Shown in pieces: positions 8,514 through 18,772 of a stretch of DNA of 64,000 nucleotides. The stretch comes from a virus. The notes under the pieces are model-generated. The model did not search any database. It was not told the DNA's origin and was given only the letters and a program-made list of their open reading frames with translations. The position numbers and the translations under genes were made by a program. The stretch's first letter is position 1, and each line of letters opens with the position of its first letter. The DNA lies in the IMG/VR virus record IMGVR_UViG_3300020477_001468, positions 1-64,000 of that record; one strand, given 5' to 3'.

Positions 8514-9428
8514 ATGAAGCAAGTTATTTGTACTGGAACTGCTGTACTTGACCATATTTTTCAACTATCAAAAATACCCCAAACTCCAACAAAGAGTTTT
8601 GCTAAAGATTATACTATTACTAGTGGTGGTAATGCATCAACTGCAGCAATTGCTCTAAGTTGTGCTGGAGGTCGTTCTATTTTTTGGGGTGTCATTGGTG
8701 ATGATTATAATGGAGATTTAATTTTAAAAAATCTTACAAAGTTTAATGTAGATGTCCAAAATGTTCAACGATTACCAGGTGTTAACTCAGGAATATCTAC
8801 TGTTCTGATTGATGATAAAGGTGAACGTCTTGTTATTCATTATAGTGATCAAAAGCTCTTTTCTAATGCTGACTGGCTTCCACTTGAAAGACTTAAAGAA
8901 AGTGATGCTGTACTCGTTGATTGGCGTTGGCCTAAAGGAGCAATGAAAGTTCTAAGCAAAGCTCATGAATTAGGAATTCCTTCTGTCCTTGATGCAGATT
9001 TAAACCCACAAAGTCTTAATGAAGATGTAATAAGTCTCGCTACACATGTTCTTTTTTCTAAACCAGCATTAAAAGAATTTGGAGGTGAGAATATAGTAAC
9101 AGCACTTAAATGTGCTAAAGAACTAAACAAAGGTTGGGTAGGAGTCACAGATGGTTCAGGTGGAACATATTGGTTAGAAACACTTGGAAAGCATTGTGAT
9201 GCTCTACGTCATTTTCCAGCATTTAAAGTAAAGACCTTAAATACTCTTGGTGCAGGAGATGTTTTTCATGGAGTCTTTACGTTATGTTTAGCTGAAGGAA
9301 ACTCTGAAGAAAATGCAATCCGTATTGCTTCTGCTGCAGCAGCCATACATTGTTCAAAAGCTCCATATAGACATAAGTCTATTCCAAATAGAAATAGTAT
9401 TGATAAATTTATAAAAGAAAACGCATGA
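8514..9428 (+). CDS. PfkB/ribokinase-family sugar kinase, YihV (sulfofructose kinase)-like
   Basis: GGNASTAA, GVIGDD, DAVLVDWRW, VLDAD and the PfkB signature NTLGAGDVFHG. ATG 8514 preferred over GTG 8502. Confidence 0.85.
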   Translation: MKQVICTGTAVLDHIFQLSKIPQTPTKSFAKDYTITSGGNASTAAIALSCAGGRSIFWGVIGDDYNGDLILKNLTKFNVDVQNVQRLPGVNSGISTVLIDDKGERLVIHYSDQKLFSNADWLPLERLKESDAVLVDWRWPKGAMKVLSKAHELGIPSVLDADLNPQSLNEDVISLATHVLFSKPALKEFGGENIVTALKCAKELNKGWVGVTDGSGGTYWLETLGKHCDALRHFPAFKVKTLNTLGAGDVFHGVFTLCLAEGNSEENAIRIASAAAAIHCSKAPYRHKSIPNRNSIDKFIKENA

Positions 9429-10126
9429 AACAAAAAATATTACTCACAGGAATTAAAGGCTTTATTGGTCACCATTGCTACAACTATTTAAAAGATGAAT
9501 ATGATATTATAGGTATTGATAATTGCTCAGGACTTGCGCATGATGAAAGAGAAGTTCCATATACACATGAAAACTTACTCACTTGTAAGTTACCTGATGT
9601 TGATGTTGTATTACACTTAGCTGCAAAAGCAGGGGTAAAAGAAAGTTGGGTAAAATTAGAAGATTATTATAATAGCAATGTTGTAGTTACAAAACGTATT
9701 TTTGATCATTATACCAAAGCTAAAATAGTATATGCCTCTAGTTCATCTGTTATAGATTTAATGAGTCCATATGCTATGACAAAAGCAATGTGTGAGACAA
9801 TGGCTCCCTCAAATGCTATAGGCATGAGATTTTTTACTGTATATGGTCCTAGCAGTAGACCAGATATGTTATACAGAATGGCTATGGAAGATAAACTCAC
9901 ATACATAACACAACATCAACGAGACTTTACTCATATTAATACTTTATTACCTTTAATTAAAGCAGTCATTCAAAAAGGTAAAGAAGGACATGTTTATGAA
10001 ATGGGTGAAGGAAATCCAGAAACAGTAGAGCAGTTTTTAAAAAGAATTAATTATACAAAAGATGTTCCTTTCAAAGAAGTAACAGGCGAAAGTGAATATA
10101 CATGTTCTAAACCTTTTACAATATAA
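9425..10126 (+). CDS. NAD-dependent NDP-sugar epimerase/dehydratase
   Basis: TGIKGFIG, HLAA, YASSS, YAMTK (YxxxK) and RFFTVYGP..RPDM. Confidence 0.92.
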   Translation: MKQKILLTGIKGFIGHHCYNYLKDEYDIIGIDNCSGLAHDEREVPYTHENLLTCKLPDVDVVLHLAAKAGVKESWVKLEDYYNSNVVVTKRIFDHYTKAKIVYASSSSVIDLMSPYAMTKAMCETMAPSNAIGMRFFTVYGPSSRPDMLYRMAMEDKLTYITQHQRDFTHINTLLPLIKAVIQKGKEGHVYEMGEGNPETVEQFLKRINYTKDVPFKEVTGESEYTCSKPFTI

Positions 10127-10130
10127 AATT

Positions 10131-10850
10131 ATGAATATAGTTATACCAATGGCAGGAAAAGGAACTGGTTTTAAAAATTGGAACCGAGATCATCGTTGTT
10201 CCGCTCTTCCTAAACCATTAATTGCAATAAATGGAAAATCAATGATCACACACTCTGTTGAAACATGTGGTCTTGATGGACAATACATTTTTATTATTAA
10301 TAAAGATCATAAACAATTTGGAGTTGAAGATCATCTGAAAAACATTGTACCAGATTGTAAACTCGTAGAAGCTATTGAACCACAATCAGGTCAAGCTACA
10401 GCTGTTTTATTTGCTGAAGAGTTTATTAACAATGATGAATACTTAGTTATACAAAATTGCGATCATAGAAAAGAATGGTCAAAAAATTATGATAAAGAGG
10501 CAGATGGTTGGTTAGGGACACAAGAACTGTCAGGTCCTGAATGGTCTTATGCAAGAATTAATAATGAAGGTTGGGTTATTGAAACAGCTGAAAAAAGAGA
10601 AATATCTAAAAATGCTACTATAGGTATGTTTGCTTGGAAACGTGGAAAAGATTATGTAAAATATTGTAAGCAAATGGTAAAAAGAAATATAAGAGTAAAA
10701 AATGAATTTTATGTGAACCCTGTATATAATCAAGCAATTGCTGATGGTTTAAAATTCAAATTAACTCCTATAGAAACATATTGGTCTTTTGGTTCACCCG
10801 CTAAAGTAGAAAAATATTTAGAATATGTTGCTGGCAATTTCGAACTATGA
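10131..10850 (+). CDS. Sugar-phosphate nucleotidyltransferase-like protein
   Basis: IVIPMAGKG, PKPLI, GQATAVL, NCD and KNEFYV. Start set to ATG 10131. Confidence 0.8.
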   Translation: MNIVIPMAGKGTGFKNWNRDHRCSALPKPLIAINGKSMITHSVETCGLDGQYIFIINKDHKQFGVEDHLKNIVPDCKLVEAIEPQSGQATAVLFAEEFINNDEYLVIQNCDHRKEWSKNYDKEADGWLGTQELSGPEWSYARINNEGWVIETAEKREISKNATIGMFAWKRGKDYVKYCKQMVKRNIRVKNEFYVNPVYNQAIADGLKFKLTPIETYWSFGSPAKVEKYLEYVAGNFEL

Positions 10851-11644
10851 GAGCAATTGTATCCATCTTCATAGATGCAAATCTATATGATGCTAAAGAA
10901 ACGGGCATAATAAACTTTCAACCTGATGCTACAAATCTATACAGAGAACTTAAACCAAAAATCATCAACAATCATGAAACATATGCAAAAAATGTAAATG
11001 CAGATTACTGTTTGTTTCAAGATTCAAAGATGTGGAGTCGGTATCTTCAAAAAATAAAAGATTTGTTTCCAAACATTGCAATGTACAATTATATTAATTA
11101 TTATAAATTTTATATTGCAGAATACATGACAAGATTTTATGATGAAGTATTATATGTTGATTTTGATGCATTTTTTAATACAACAGATAATTTTTTTGAA
11201 GAAAATGACCTATCAAAGTTTTGTGTACAAACCTGGGATATGCCGTACTTCTCTGAATCACCAAGAGATATTGATGTAAATATACCAAAATTAAGATTAA
11301 TGAAGGCTTGGTATTCGCAACAACTATTGGAAAGAGTCTATAATATGAATATTAGTGAATATAATTTGTTTACAGCAAATACAGGTGTGCATGCATATAA
11401 CAAAGATGTTATTAATCAACTAGATTTTTTTAATTGTTTTCAAGAAACTGTAGATACGATTTATGATTATAAAGATGATTGTGCAGAAGATAATGAAGTC
11501 TTTTTTGTAGCAGCAGCTATAAAAAATAATGTACCAATACATTCGTATAACCATAAATGGAATTTTAGCCCTAAACGAAAACCTTATGAAGGTAAAATTT
11601 GTCATTTCACTGTTAAAGAACATATGAAAGGATTCTTTGAGTAA
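10847..11644 (+). CDS. GT-A-like glycosyltransferase (DFD paralog family)
   Basis: DEVLYVDFD, NTG, DNE, W and terminal H motifs. Confidence 0.7.
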   Translation: MRAIVSIFIDANLYDAKETGIINFQPDATNLYRELKPKIINNHETYAKNVNADYCLFQDSKMWSRYLQKIKDLFPNIAMYNYINYYKFYIAEYMTRFYDEVLYVDFDAFFNTTDNFFEENDLSKFCVQTWDMPYFSESPRDIDVNIPKLRLMKAWYSQQLLERVYNMNISEYNLFTANTGVHAYNKDVINQLDFFNCFQETVDTIYDYKDDCAEDNEVFFVAAAIKNNVPIHSYNHKWNFSPKRKPYEGKICHFTVKEHMKGFFE

Positions 11645-12356
11645 CGCAATAGGCATTATAGGTTTTGGTAGTATAGGTAAAAAATATTACAATCTAATTG
11701 AGGATGGTAAAATTAAAGGTGCTGAAATAGGTGCAGTATGCCGTGATGATTTTATGCACTATAGTGATCTACTTGAATCCAACTATTGTGATATGATTAT
11801 TGTATCTACACCTCATGCATCACATTATGAAATAGGACTAGCGTCATTAGAACTTGGTTACCCAACTCTAATAGAAAAACCAATGTCTATGAATAAACAA
11901 GAATACCAAGAACTAATTGATGCTGGTGCTGTCACATCATTTAGTACAAGATATGCAGGTAAACTTAAAGCTAAAAACCACATATACTGGTCAGTAAATT
12001 GGTATAGAGATGAAGGTTATTATAAAGGTTGGAGAGGAGAATATGATCATATTATATGGAATCAAGCTATTCACAATTTAGATATATTACAATGGTCTTT
12101 TGGAAATCCAATAGTAACGTTTTCTGAGCAAGACAAATATAACATTTTGTGTAAGTTAACTTTTCCAAATGGAATTACATGTGAATATCATGCTAGCACA
12201 AATAAAAAGCAACTCCAATCTACTTTAATCATAGATGGTATAAAACAACCATCACCCACACGTACACCTGACCATAAACAACTTCTGCAAGATTTTGTAG
12301 ATAAGAAATTAAATTCTCCAACTATAGATATAGTTAATTTAATAGAGCAATTATGA
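11637..12356 (+). CDS. Gfo/Idh/MocA-family oxidoreductase (NDP-sugar dehydrogenase-like)
   Basis: IGIIGFGSIG, STPHASH, IEKPM and NQAIHNLD. Confidence 0.85.
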   Translation: MSNAIGIIGFGSIGKKYYNLIEDGKIKGAEIGAVCRDDFMHYSDLLESNYCDMIIVSTPHASHYEIGLASLELGYPTLIEKPMSMNKQEYQELIDAGAVTSFSTRYAGKLKAKNHIYWSVNWYRDEGYYKGWRGEYDHIIWNQAIHNLDILQWSFGNPIVTFSEQDKYNILCKLTFPNGITCEYHASTNKKQLQSTLIIDGIKQPSPTRTPDHKQLLQDFVDKKLNSPTIDIVNLIEQL

Positions 12357-13069
12357 GTAGCTTGTTTGTATTTGGTGATAGTTTTACTTATGGAATGAAA
12401 GAAAGTGAAACACATTATGAAGAAAAACATGAAGGGCAATTAAAAAATTGTTTTGTAAATTTGATAGGTAAACACTACAATTTAAATGTTGAAAATTATT
12501 CACAACCTGGAACTAGCAATCATATACAAACTGCAGAATTATTTAAAAATCTAATAACAAAGAAAATTAAATCTAATGATGTTGTGATATTTGGAATAAC
12601 ATCTCCTTCAAGAAATCCTGAGGTTCTTGATTATAGAGGAAAATATTATATTGATAGATACTTGTTTAGTTATTTTAACACACTAATGCAAATAAACAAC
12701 TATAGTCAATATTTTCATAAAAATGTTCTTGTACTTAAATTATTTGAAGATCCAGTTGTTCGTCATCATATTGCAGCTACACCTAAACAATATTCTCAAC
12801 AAGATATATTTGATTATATTAAAAATTTAAAACCAACATACTTCATACCTTTTACAACAGTTGATATCTTATTAGATAATTTAAAAGCACTTCCAAACCA
12901 CTTACACCATGAACGCTTAAAGATAGATTCCTCTCATGAAAAATATTTTCAACCTAAAGGACATCCATCAGAAGAAGGTCATATTAAAATTGCTGATTAT
13001 CTTATTAAATACATAGATAAGAATTTTAAAAATTTTATTCCATTAGTAGATCCATTTATATATGATTAA
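12353..13069 (+). CDS. SGNH/GDSL hydrolase-like protein
   Basis: VFGDSFT, GTSN and HPSEEGH; ends DPFIYD. Confidence 0.75.
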   Translation: MSSLFVFGDSFTYGMKESETHYEEKHEGQLKNCFVNLIGKHYNLNVENYSQPGTSNHIQTAELFKNLITKKIKSNDVVIFGITSPSRNPEVLDYRGKYYIDRYLFSYFNTLMQINNYSQYFHKNVLVLKLFEDPVVRHHIAATPKQYSQQDIFDYIKNLKPTYFIPFTTVDILLDNLKALPNHLHHERLKIDSSHEKYFQPKGHPSEEGHIKIADYLIKYIDKNFKNFIPLVDPFIYD

Positions 13070-13910
13070 TGTACCGATACATCGTATTGAACTCAATCCA
13101 ACTGAACTGTGTAATCGTTTATGCAGTTTCTGTCCTAGAGCTTATGACTATCCTAATCTCAATTTAAATATGACAGCTGATACAGCTGAAGAAATAGTTT
13201 TACAAACCAACCAATACACAAACTACATTTGCATTGCAGGACGAGGTGAGCCTTTACTGTGCCCAGAAATAAAAGAAATATGCCAAGTAATGGCATTATA
13301 TAATCGAAAGTTTTACCTTCAGACTAATGGAGATTTTTTAGATAAACATATTCAAGAATTAGATGCAATTATGAATTTAAAGAAACTCCCAAAAAATGGA
13401 CATTGCAAACTATTAGTAAATTGTTATGATGGTGTAGAACAAAAATTAGAAAGACAAGCAAAATGGCAACAATATGCTGCATTAAAAATAACTGCTGCAA
13501 GAGAAGATGATCCAACTTTAGAAGAATACAAATCAAGAATTGCTACAGGTAAGTATGTAAATCGTGGTGGATATTTACCTTGGACTTTTTCACCAGCTGT
13601 TCAAAGTCCTTGTTATATTTTATTTCACAAATGTTATATCAATTGGAATGGAGACATACAGATTTGTTGTCATGATTGGAAGGTAATGAAAAGTTTTGGT
13701 AATATTTTTGATAAACCATTTCAAGAAATATGGGAAGGTGAAGAGTTAATGAAATACAGACTAACTCTTCAACATGCAGGTGGAAGACAAAAATTTGAAG
13801 AATGTAAAAACTGTGATGCTATCCAACAATGGGAAGATACAAAACGATATTATGAATCTTGGGTAAAAAAGAATGTAACTCGAACTCAAGAATGTCCCTC
13901 TTTTGAATAA
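13062..13910 (+). CDS. Radical SAM protein with C-terminal SPASM/twitch domain
   Basis: CNRLCSFC, GRGEP, TNG, then PC...INWNGDIQICC...GNI...CKNC. Confidence 0.92.
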   Translation: MINVPIHRIELNPTELCNRLCSFCPRAYDYPNLNLNMTADTAEEIVLQTNQYTNYICIAGRGEPLLCPEIKEICQVMALYNRKFYLQTNGDFLDKHIQELDAIMNLKKLPKNGHCKLLVNCYDGVEQKLERQAKWQQYAALKITAAREDDPTLEEYKSRIATGKYVNRGGYLPWTFSPAVQSPCYILFHKCYINWNGDIQICCHDWKVMKSFGNIFDKPFQEIWEGEELMKYRLTLQHAGGRQKFEECKNCDAIQQWEDTKRYYESWVKKNVTRTQECPSFE

Positions 13911-14590
13911 CTTCTTATAACTGTTCTTACATAATCTGGTACTTGTTCACATGTTTCAGCAAATGTAAAAGGTTGATTCTTTTTAGACCACTCACTTGTT
14001 CTATTACATCTAATATCAAAACCATGATATATCATATGTACTCTACGCTCATTAGACTTATTTTCAATACGATGATAATTAGACAAGTTAAGTAAACGAG
14101 CCTCTCCAGGTTTCCATGGAACAACTTTGTTTCCTAATATAAAATCACACTCTTCTGGATGATTTAAACTAAAATTAACTGCATCCCCTAACATACAATC
14201 AGTAGAATCTTGGTGTGAGTAAATAATTCCTCCTGGCTCCAACAACATCCATCTTATGCGTTTGTGTCTTTTTACTGGCCAAATATTTTTAAAAAAATTA
14301 TATGTAACATTACATGCATTAGCCATTTTTGTCCAACCAAGTTCTCCATTATGTTCATGGTATTCTTTTGATTCTGTTGAAGTTGTAGCATAAGTACCTT
14401 GTCCATGCAATACTAAACTCTTCCATCCACCATTACTATAGTCTGATCTATGTACAACAAAATCATCAAGAAATGGTTCTATTTCCTCATACATTTCTTG
14501 ATATGGAAATTCAATATCTAATTTTAAATTTGTAAGACCACTTTTAAGTATAGATTCATATTTTTCTAATTCTTCTTTTGTAATCTTCAT
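13886..14590 (-). CDS. Aspartyl/asparaginyl beta-hydroxylase-like 2OG-Fe(II) oxygenase
   Basis: GWKSL, RIRWMLLEPGG..HQD, then H...N.S..RVHMI. Confidence 0.8.
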   Translation of the reverse strand: MKITKEELEKYESILKSGLTNLKLDIEFPYQEMYEEIEPFLDDFVVHRSDYSNGGWKSLVLHGQGTYATTSTESKEYHEHNGELGWTKMANACNVTYNFFKNIWPVKRHKRIRWMLLEPGGIIYSHQDSTDCMLGDAVNFSLNHPEECDFILGNKVVPWKPGEARLLNLSNYHRIENKSNERRVHMIYHGFDIRCNRTSEWSKKNQPFTFAETCEQVPDYVRTVIRSYSKEGHS

Positions 14591-15956
14591 ACTCTTTGCG
14601 TCTCCAAGGAAAATTTAAATTCTCAACAGGCTGTATTGAATAGTCATCTAAAAAAGAAAACTTAATATCAGATTTTATAGGAGCAAATTCGTGCTCAGGA
14701 CAATTGCCTATAAAAACTGAACACTTGTTAGCAGCTATTTTTATTTTCTTTAAAATTATATCTGTTTCTAAAACTGAATAATTATGAGCAGTAATTGAAT
14801 AATTGCTTACATTTGAAAAATATAAAATACACTTCTTATCTTCAACCAAAGCAATCATTGCTGATGGGTCTAACATATTAACTAATTTATAATTGCATTC
14901 TATTTTTTTATTATTAATTAATTCAATTACATCAAGCAATTCAGGATTTTGATCGATAATACGAATAAAATAGTTATTCAAATATTCATGCGTCATTCTT
15001 ACTAGAGGAATTTTTATATCACCAACAACAGAATATTTTTGAAAATTTGCATAGTGTTCTTGTTCATCACAAAATTCTCCATATGAGGTTTCTTGTGGTG
15101 ACCAATTAGAAATGAGTTCTTTTGTAAAGCGTAAGGAGTTTTCATTGATATCACAGAATGTAATACTTTTTAATTTGGTATGTGTATATAACAGTGCTTG
15201 TAAACCATTAGCACAACCTACAAAATGTTCATAAGGCTCAATCTTAATTTCATCACGATCATATTGTGTTTCAGTAGACCATGCAAATACCCGTTGATTC
15301 TTTTTTTGAAAAATGTCTAATTTCTGAGGATGTACTCTATAATATCCTTTATGTTTTTTCCAGTCTATATACAAAAATCTTTTATCATCACGTACCGTTC
15401 GATTAAATGGTTCAATTTTTTTACCTGCTCTAAGTAGGTTAGATATTAAGTATGCTCCAGATGGTAATTCTTCACCATGTAAATCACAACCATATATGTA
15501 AATTTCTTTGCCACCATCCTTTATCCAAATAGGAGTATAATCATCATGAAAATTTTCTTCAGATCGTTCAACAGATCTCAACGTCTTAGTTCTAGTAACA
15601 TCATAATCTGCAACCTTCACAATAAAACATTGATCATGAACAGCCCAATATCTTGAACCTTTATCTAAAATATGTCCTACTAATGAAACTGTCTCATAAT
15701 CAAAATTATCTAATAAAACTCTAAAATTAAATCTTGTACCTATTTTAACGACAAGTGCAAATTCTGTAGTACAAGATGTTATATCTTCATCTCTTAAATA
15801 TTCAACGTACTTATAACTGCCGCCAAATGTATTAATTACATGATCCATAACATTTATGGCTAAATTGTACTCTTTTGAATAATTTTGTAGATTATAATTT
15901 TCTACTACTATAATTGTAAAGCGTTCGGCAGGTTGCTTTTTATATGGTGTGATCAT
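14556..15956 (-). CDS. Hypothetical enzyme; C-terminal half possibly a SAM-binding fold
   Basis: VGHILD, HDQCF and NFHDDYTP in the N-half; CANG, ITFCDIN and YFSNV in the C-half. Coupled to the hydroxylase gene. Confidence 0.5.
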   Translation of the reverse strand: MITPYKKQPAERFTIIVVENYNLQNYSKEYNLAINVMDHVINTFGGSYKYVEYLRDEDITSCTTEFALVVKIGTRFNFRVLLDNFDYETVSLVGHILDKGSRYWAVHDQCFIVKVADYDVTRTKTLRSVERSEENFHDDYTPIWIKDGGKEIYIYGCDLHGEELPSGAYLISNLLRAGKKIEPFNRTVRDDKRFLYIDWKKHKGYYRVHPQKLDIFQKKNQRVFAWSTETQYDRDEIKIEPYEHFVGCANGLQALLYTHTKLKSITFCDINENSLRFTKELISNWSPQETSYGEFCDEQEHYANFQKYSVVGDIKIPLVRMTHEYLNNYFIRIIDQNPELLDVIELINNKKIECNYKLVNMLDPSAMIALVEDKKCILYFSNVSNYSITAHNYSVLETDIILKKIKIAANKCSVFIGNCPEHEFAPIKSDIKFSFLDDYSIQPVENLNFPWRRKEYEDYKRRIRKI

Positions 15957-15959
15957 AAT

Positions 15960-16406
15960 TTAATTTAATAAGATATCTTCACTTTCTTCTTCTAATTCGT
16001 CCATTTGTTTTTTTACTTTCTTATCTATTAACTCTCGGGCCAATTTATCAGAATAGGCCTTCATATTATTAAGATGTATATGAGTTAATTGCTCGGTATA
16101 AGAATGGCTTTCGTTTTCAAGTTCCATTGCTCTTTCTACAGCATCTATTGCATTATCTATCCACTCACTTTTCCATATCCCACTCACAAATCTTTTATCC
16201 TTAGTATGATAAGAAGGTTCACCAGAATCATTTACATACCATAAATGTAAAGTACCAATATAACCATCTTCCTGAGCATCAAAACCTTGAAAAATATGTT
16301 TGATTCCCATTGCTGGTAAAAAAGGATATTTTGAGTCTTGATAGAACTTATATCTAAATTGTAATTCTACCCCTTTACGAATTTCTTGTAGTGTTAAATC
16401 ATCCAT
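15960..16406 (-). CDS. Hypothetical protein
   Basis: 148-aa ORF translationally coupled to its neighbours. Confidence 0.6.
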   Translation of the reverse strand: MDDLTLQEIRKGVELQFRYKFYQDSKYPFLPAMGIKHIFQGFDAQEDGYIGTLHLWYVNDSGEPSYHTKDKRFVSGIWKSEWIDNAIDAVERAMELENESHSYTEQLTHIHLNNMKAYSDKLARELIDKKVKKQMDELEEESEDILLN

Positions 16407-16651
16407 TAGTTTATTTTATACTTTCTATCAACGTGTCTTACTTTGGCTTCCTCATGATCATAGATGTATGCTTCTTTGATTGGGCCGTCAATGTGTTTAT
16501 CCCAATAATCTAAAAATTCATGAATACGTGGATATTCAGGAAGACGATCTTCAGTTTGCCAAGCAAATTCATTAAGAATATGTACATAGTCTGGAATGTG
16601 GTATATGACTTGTACAGTTGCAAGAGTCCATTTGGGTATATATACAACCAT
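16406..16651 (-). CDS. usg: Usg-family protein
   Basis: Y.IPD...L..F.WQ..D..PEYP....FL..W...IDGPI pattern of the Usg family. Confidence 0.75.
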   Translation of the reverse strand: MVVYIPKWTLATVQVIYHIPDYVHILNEFAWQTEDRLPEYPRIHEFLDYWDKHIDGPIKEAYIYDHEEAKVRHVDRKYKIN

Positions 16652-17871
16652 TACTCGTAACTTTCGTATAATTCTTCTATTTCATCAGCGGTCAATGATC
16701 TGTTATATACTCTGAAATCATCAATATAACCGATCCATCCACCACCACCATTTCTATTCATTCCTATTTTAAGTTTATCCCATAAAGTACTTATAGGATA
16801 GGAATAAGTTTTAAGGACACCATCTTTATATACTCTAATTTTTTGATTATCGCCAGTAGAAGTATCCGTAGTTTTTGTATAAGTAAAAAACATCCATTCT
16901 TCTTCCATATCTACTTTCATAATACCACCACCAACAGTTTCATTGAATCTTAACTTTTCATATCCATCATGATCTATTTGAAATCTACCTCCACTCGTAG
17001 AATTTGTTCCTGTTGACATTACTGAATGCCATTGATCAAAACTTTGATTGCTCAATTTTGGTAATATCCAAAATGAAATAGTCCAATCATCGGATAAACC
17101 TATTGGGCTAGTACTATTATCTCTAAATTCAGTCTCTATGCAACTACTGCCTAAAAAGTTTCCAGTTTGACCAGAAGGTGCATCTGTCAGGGTTGAAACA
17201 CTTGCATCATACATTGCATTACCCGAACCATATGCATTTGTACATTTTTTAAATACTCTTTCATAAGAGCTATGATCTTTAACTATTGATTGTCCCGATA
17301 CAGTAGCATGTGTTTCTTCAAACTTGAGATGTACTAATAATGATGTATCTATAACTTCAGTTTCGTTGTCTGTAACTGTTTCATTATCAGTAGTTTCTTC
17401 TTCCTCTTCTGTTTCAATATCAACTATTTCTTCGTCTTCTTCTGGAAAAGGATAATCTGGATTAATATCAACATCAACCCAAACTTTAACTATGTAATCA
17501 TCTTCCCATGTAACAATAAATTCTTCTGATTCACCGTATTGAAAAGGTATTTCAGGTTCTTCATATGTCCAATTAGTATATTCAACATACATTGGTTTAT
17601 CAATAGGAACTTCTACTTCAGCTCTTAAATCTTCATCTAAATCAACATCTGCAATATTTGGTTCTACTTTAATATTATGTCTATACGGTATTGTATTTTC
17701 AATCATTGCTCTTTGAGAGGCACTATATTTTGAAAATTCAAAATCACGAAATGCTTCATTATGATTATAATTAATCGTAACTGACGTTCCTTGTCTTCTT
17801 AATGTTCCTTCATCAGGCAAATCTCCACATCCTACTAATAAAAATATTAAACTGAAAAAGAGTATATGCAT
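16651..17871 (-). CDS. Lipoprotein with acidic linker and C-terminal LamG/ConA-like domain
   Basis: Lipobox LLVGC, Glu-rich linker with TDNET x2, WTISFW and GYIDDFRVYNRSLT. Confidence 0.8.
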   Translation of the reverse strand: MHILFFSLIFLLVGCGDLPDEGTLRRQGTSVTINYNHNEAFRDFEFSKYSASQRAMIENTIPYRHNIKVEPNIADVDLDEDLRAEVEVPIDKPMYVEYTNWTYEEPEIPFQYGESEEFIVTWEDDYIVKVWVDVDINPDYPFPEEDEEIVDIETEEEEETTDNETVTDNETEVIDTSLLVHLKFEETHATVSGQSIVKDHSSYERVFKKCTNAYGSGNAMYDASVSTLTDAPSGQTGNFLGSSCIETEFRDNSTSPIGLSDDWTISFWILPKLSNQSFDQWHSVMSTGTNSTSGGRFQIDHDGYEKLRFNETVGGGIMKVDMEEEWMFFTYTKTTDTSTGDNQKIRVYKDGVLKTYSYPISTLWDKLKIGMNRNGGGGWIGYIDDFRVYNRSLTADEIEELYESYE

Positions 17872-17885
17872 TGTGATTGAAGGGT

Positions 17886-17920
17886 GCTAAATAAGTATAA
17901 GACCTGCTAGAATATTTATC
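17886..17920. promoter_or_regulatory. Pair of crossed T4-type late promoters (+ GCTAAATA 17886-17893; - GATAAATA 17913-17920)
   Basis: Both boxes lie in the 64-bp gap between divergent genes. Confidence 0.55.
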
Positions 17921-17935
17921 ATTAGTGATTTTGAT

Positions 17936-18772
17936 ATGAAACAAAGATGTATCTTTACGTTATTAATAAACTCAGCTACCCCATACAACAATAATCATCT
18001 AAACATAAAATCAACTAACAATCAGCAACAAAATACCTTACCTTTATATTATGATCTATTTAAAGTATTGAATGAGGATAGGCAGGATTATGCAACTTTT
18101 TGTGATAGTGATTATATGTGTTATGAACTCAATGATGAATTTATTGAATTTGAACGTGCGATAAAAAATAAATGCATTTCATTTACTCCTTATGATGTTA
18201 TTCAGTATTATAAAATACACTTATGTGAACAATTAAGCAAACAATATAAAGAAGTATTATATTTAGACTTTGATGTTATAATAGGTGATGTAAAGAAGAA
18301 TTTTTTTACTGAGTGGGATTTATCAAAAGGGTTAGTAATAAAAAATGAATTTTTTGACTGTACCAAATTCCAATATACACCAGGCATGTCATCCAGATAC
18401 ATAAAAGCATTCTTAGCTCATCTTGTATTAAAGTATATGAACATTGACCATGATGCGACTTCATTACCTCATATTAATACTGGAATATTAGGATGCAATA
18501 ATCAATCAATTTCATCAATAAATTTTTTTGATATTCTATATGAGAGTTTAAAAATCTTGGATGATATCTATTTAAATGAAAAAGAACACTGGAAATATGT
18601 ACGTTTTTCTAATGAAATTGTCTTTACAGTATCATGGTATTTAAATAAATTTAAAATGCAATCTATAGTGGACGATCAAAATATTTGGCATAAAAAAGCA
18701 AATGGTGTAAATGATCTGAACAGTGTTTTTTTACACTGTACTGGTAAACATTGGTTAGAATTATACACATGA
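17936..18772 (+). CDS. GT-A-like glycosyltransferase (DFD paralog family)
   Basis: YYK, EVLYLDFD, INTG, SNE, WH and LH motifs. Confidence 0.7.
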   Translation: MKQRCIFTLLINSATPYNNNHLNIKSTNNQQQNTLPLYYDLFKVLNEDRQDYATFCDSDYMCYELNDEFIEFERAIKNKCISFTPYDVIQYYKIHLCEQLSKQYKEVLYLDFDVIIGDVKKNFFTEWDLSKGLVIKNEFFDCTKFQYTPGMSSRYIKAFLAHLVLKYMNIDHDATSLPHINTGILGCNNQSISSINFFDILYESLKILDDIYLNEKEHWKYVRFSNEIVFTVSWYLNKFKMQSIVDDQNIWHKKANGVNDLNSVFLHCTGKHWLELYT

